Assembly (NCBI GenBank): GCA_045627825.1
Contig: JAZQON010000052.1
Span: 57,380-121,379, forward strand
DNA length: 64,000 bases
Reading direction: 5' to 3'
From: Acutalibacteraceae bacterium
GTDB taxonomy: Bacteria; Bacillota; Clostridia; Oscillospirales; Acutalibacteraceae
The notes under the pieces were generated by a model that ran no database searches, was not told the DNA's origin, and worked only from the letters and a program-made list of their open reading frames with translations. The position numbers and the translations under genes were made by a program. This document shows positions 63,510 to 64,000 of the stretch, one piece after another (the stretch's first letter is position 1; each line of letters opens with the position of its first letter).

Positions 63510-64000
63510 TCAGCAGAATTTAACGGTTACGATTTCAAACGGTTTTGCGGTGAAGCTTACCGAATTGTCTTTAACCTCAAGCTCACTGAGCTCATTTTCC
63601 ATAAGGTCGCACAAATAAGCCTTTTCAACATCAAAGCCTGCTTTGAGTGTAACATCGGTTCTCTTGTTGAAGCTTTCATATCCTCTTGCTATAACGCTTT
63701 CATCGTTTTCAGCTTTCTTAACGGTTTCAACAATGAAGTTATCGGCAGAGCATGAAATAAGCGAATATTTCTCACCGAGCTTACCGCTGTTTTTGCTTAT
63801 CTCAAAAGCCTTTAACGGGCAGTTAAGCTCATATGCAAGCTGAATTGTGCCGGCTTCTCTGAAGTTTCCGGCGTGCGGATAGAGCGAATAGGTGAAGAAA
63901 TGCACGCCCTTGTCGGCATCGTGGTCGGGATAGGTGGCACATTTGAACATTGAAAGTTTCATTGTTCCGTTTTCGATGTTGTGGCCGTATTTGCAGTCGT
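63510..64000 (-). CDS. GH38 alpha-mannosidase, C-terminal part (the gene continues beyond the window)
   Basis: The frame is open to position 64000. DCKYGHNIENGTMKLSMFKCATYPDHDADKGVHFFTYSLYPHAG matches the conserved GH38 C-terminal region. Confidence 0.85.
   Translation of the reverse strand, partial: DCKYGHNIENGTMKLSMFKCATYPDHDADKGVHFFTYSLYPHAGNFREAGTIQLAYELNCPLKAFEISKNSGKLGEKYSLISCSADNFIVETVKKAENDESVIARGYESFNKRTDVTLKAGFDVEKAYLCDLMENELSELEVKDNSVSFTAKPFEIVTVKFC

Noticed and set aside
1-64000. rRNA, tRNA, tmRNA, riboswitch or T-box elements
   Set aside because: Intergenic regions are short, and promoters, terminators or the repeat modules account for them. I saw no cloverleaf-like or conserved riboswitch core sequences by eye. 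A covariance-model scan would be needed to exclude small RNAs.

Overview
This 64-kb chromosomal segment reads like a Clostridia (Oscillospirales/Ruminococcaceae-like) Firmicute. Coding regions are mid-GC, ribosome-binding sites are GGAGG-type, and many neighbouring genes overlap as ATGA or TGATG. I call about 63 protein genes and saw no rRNA, tRNA or CRISPR array. All protein calls rest on motifs read by eye from the supplied translations. No database search was run and no GC values were computed.

Most of the window is housekeeping:
- Central metabolism and cell wall: gap, rlmH, walJ-like MBL hydrolase, murA.
- Division: a PucR-type regulator followed by ftsE-ftsX, a coiled-coil M23 hydrolase and an S41 homolog.
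- Protein quality control and lipids: a ClpC-like AAA+ protein, pgsA, cvpA.
- Transport and RNA modification: truA-ecfT-ecfA-ecfA, an rRNA methyltransferase.
- Recombination and GTPases: ruvB-ruvA ... ruvC-der-DUF512, obg, mrnC.
- Others: yebC, FHA-M16-proB-proA-x-mutS2, htpG.

Accessory or atypical content:
1. A stand-alone lysis cassette at 11010-13862. It holds an XRE/S24 repressor facing a dual-HTH regulator, an 85-aa protein, an amidase/SH3b endolysin, a 66-aa TM/coiled-coil protein and an XhlB/SPP1-type holin. Its consensus promoter carries a perfect Gram-positive SOS (Cheo) box in the spacer. No other phage genes are nearby.
2. An AT-rich NERD + topoisomerase-type Zn-ribbon gene bracketed by imperfect inverted repeats, wedged between ruvC and ruvAB.
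3. A modular intergenic repeat family (hairpin module, CCGAATT heptamers, CTTCTAA heptamers, GAAGCGACCCTTA module) at several gene 3' ends.
4. An S41 peptidase homolog in the FtsEX operon with both catalytic residues substituted.
5. A perfect extended CIRCE element upstream of htpG.
6. Two visibly AT-rich glycosyltransferase islands.
7. A carbohydrate cluster headed by a TIM-barrel::Gfo/Idh/MocA fusion protein.
8. An envelope/membrane protein cluster that includes a PrsW-like protease.
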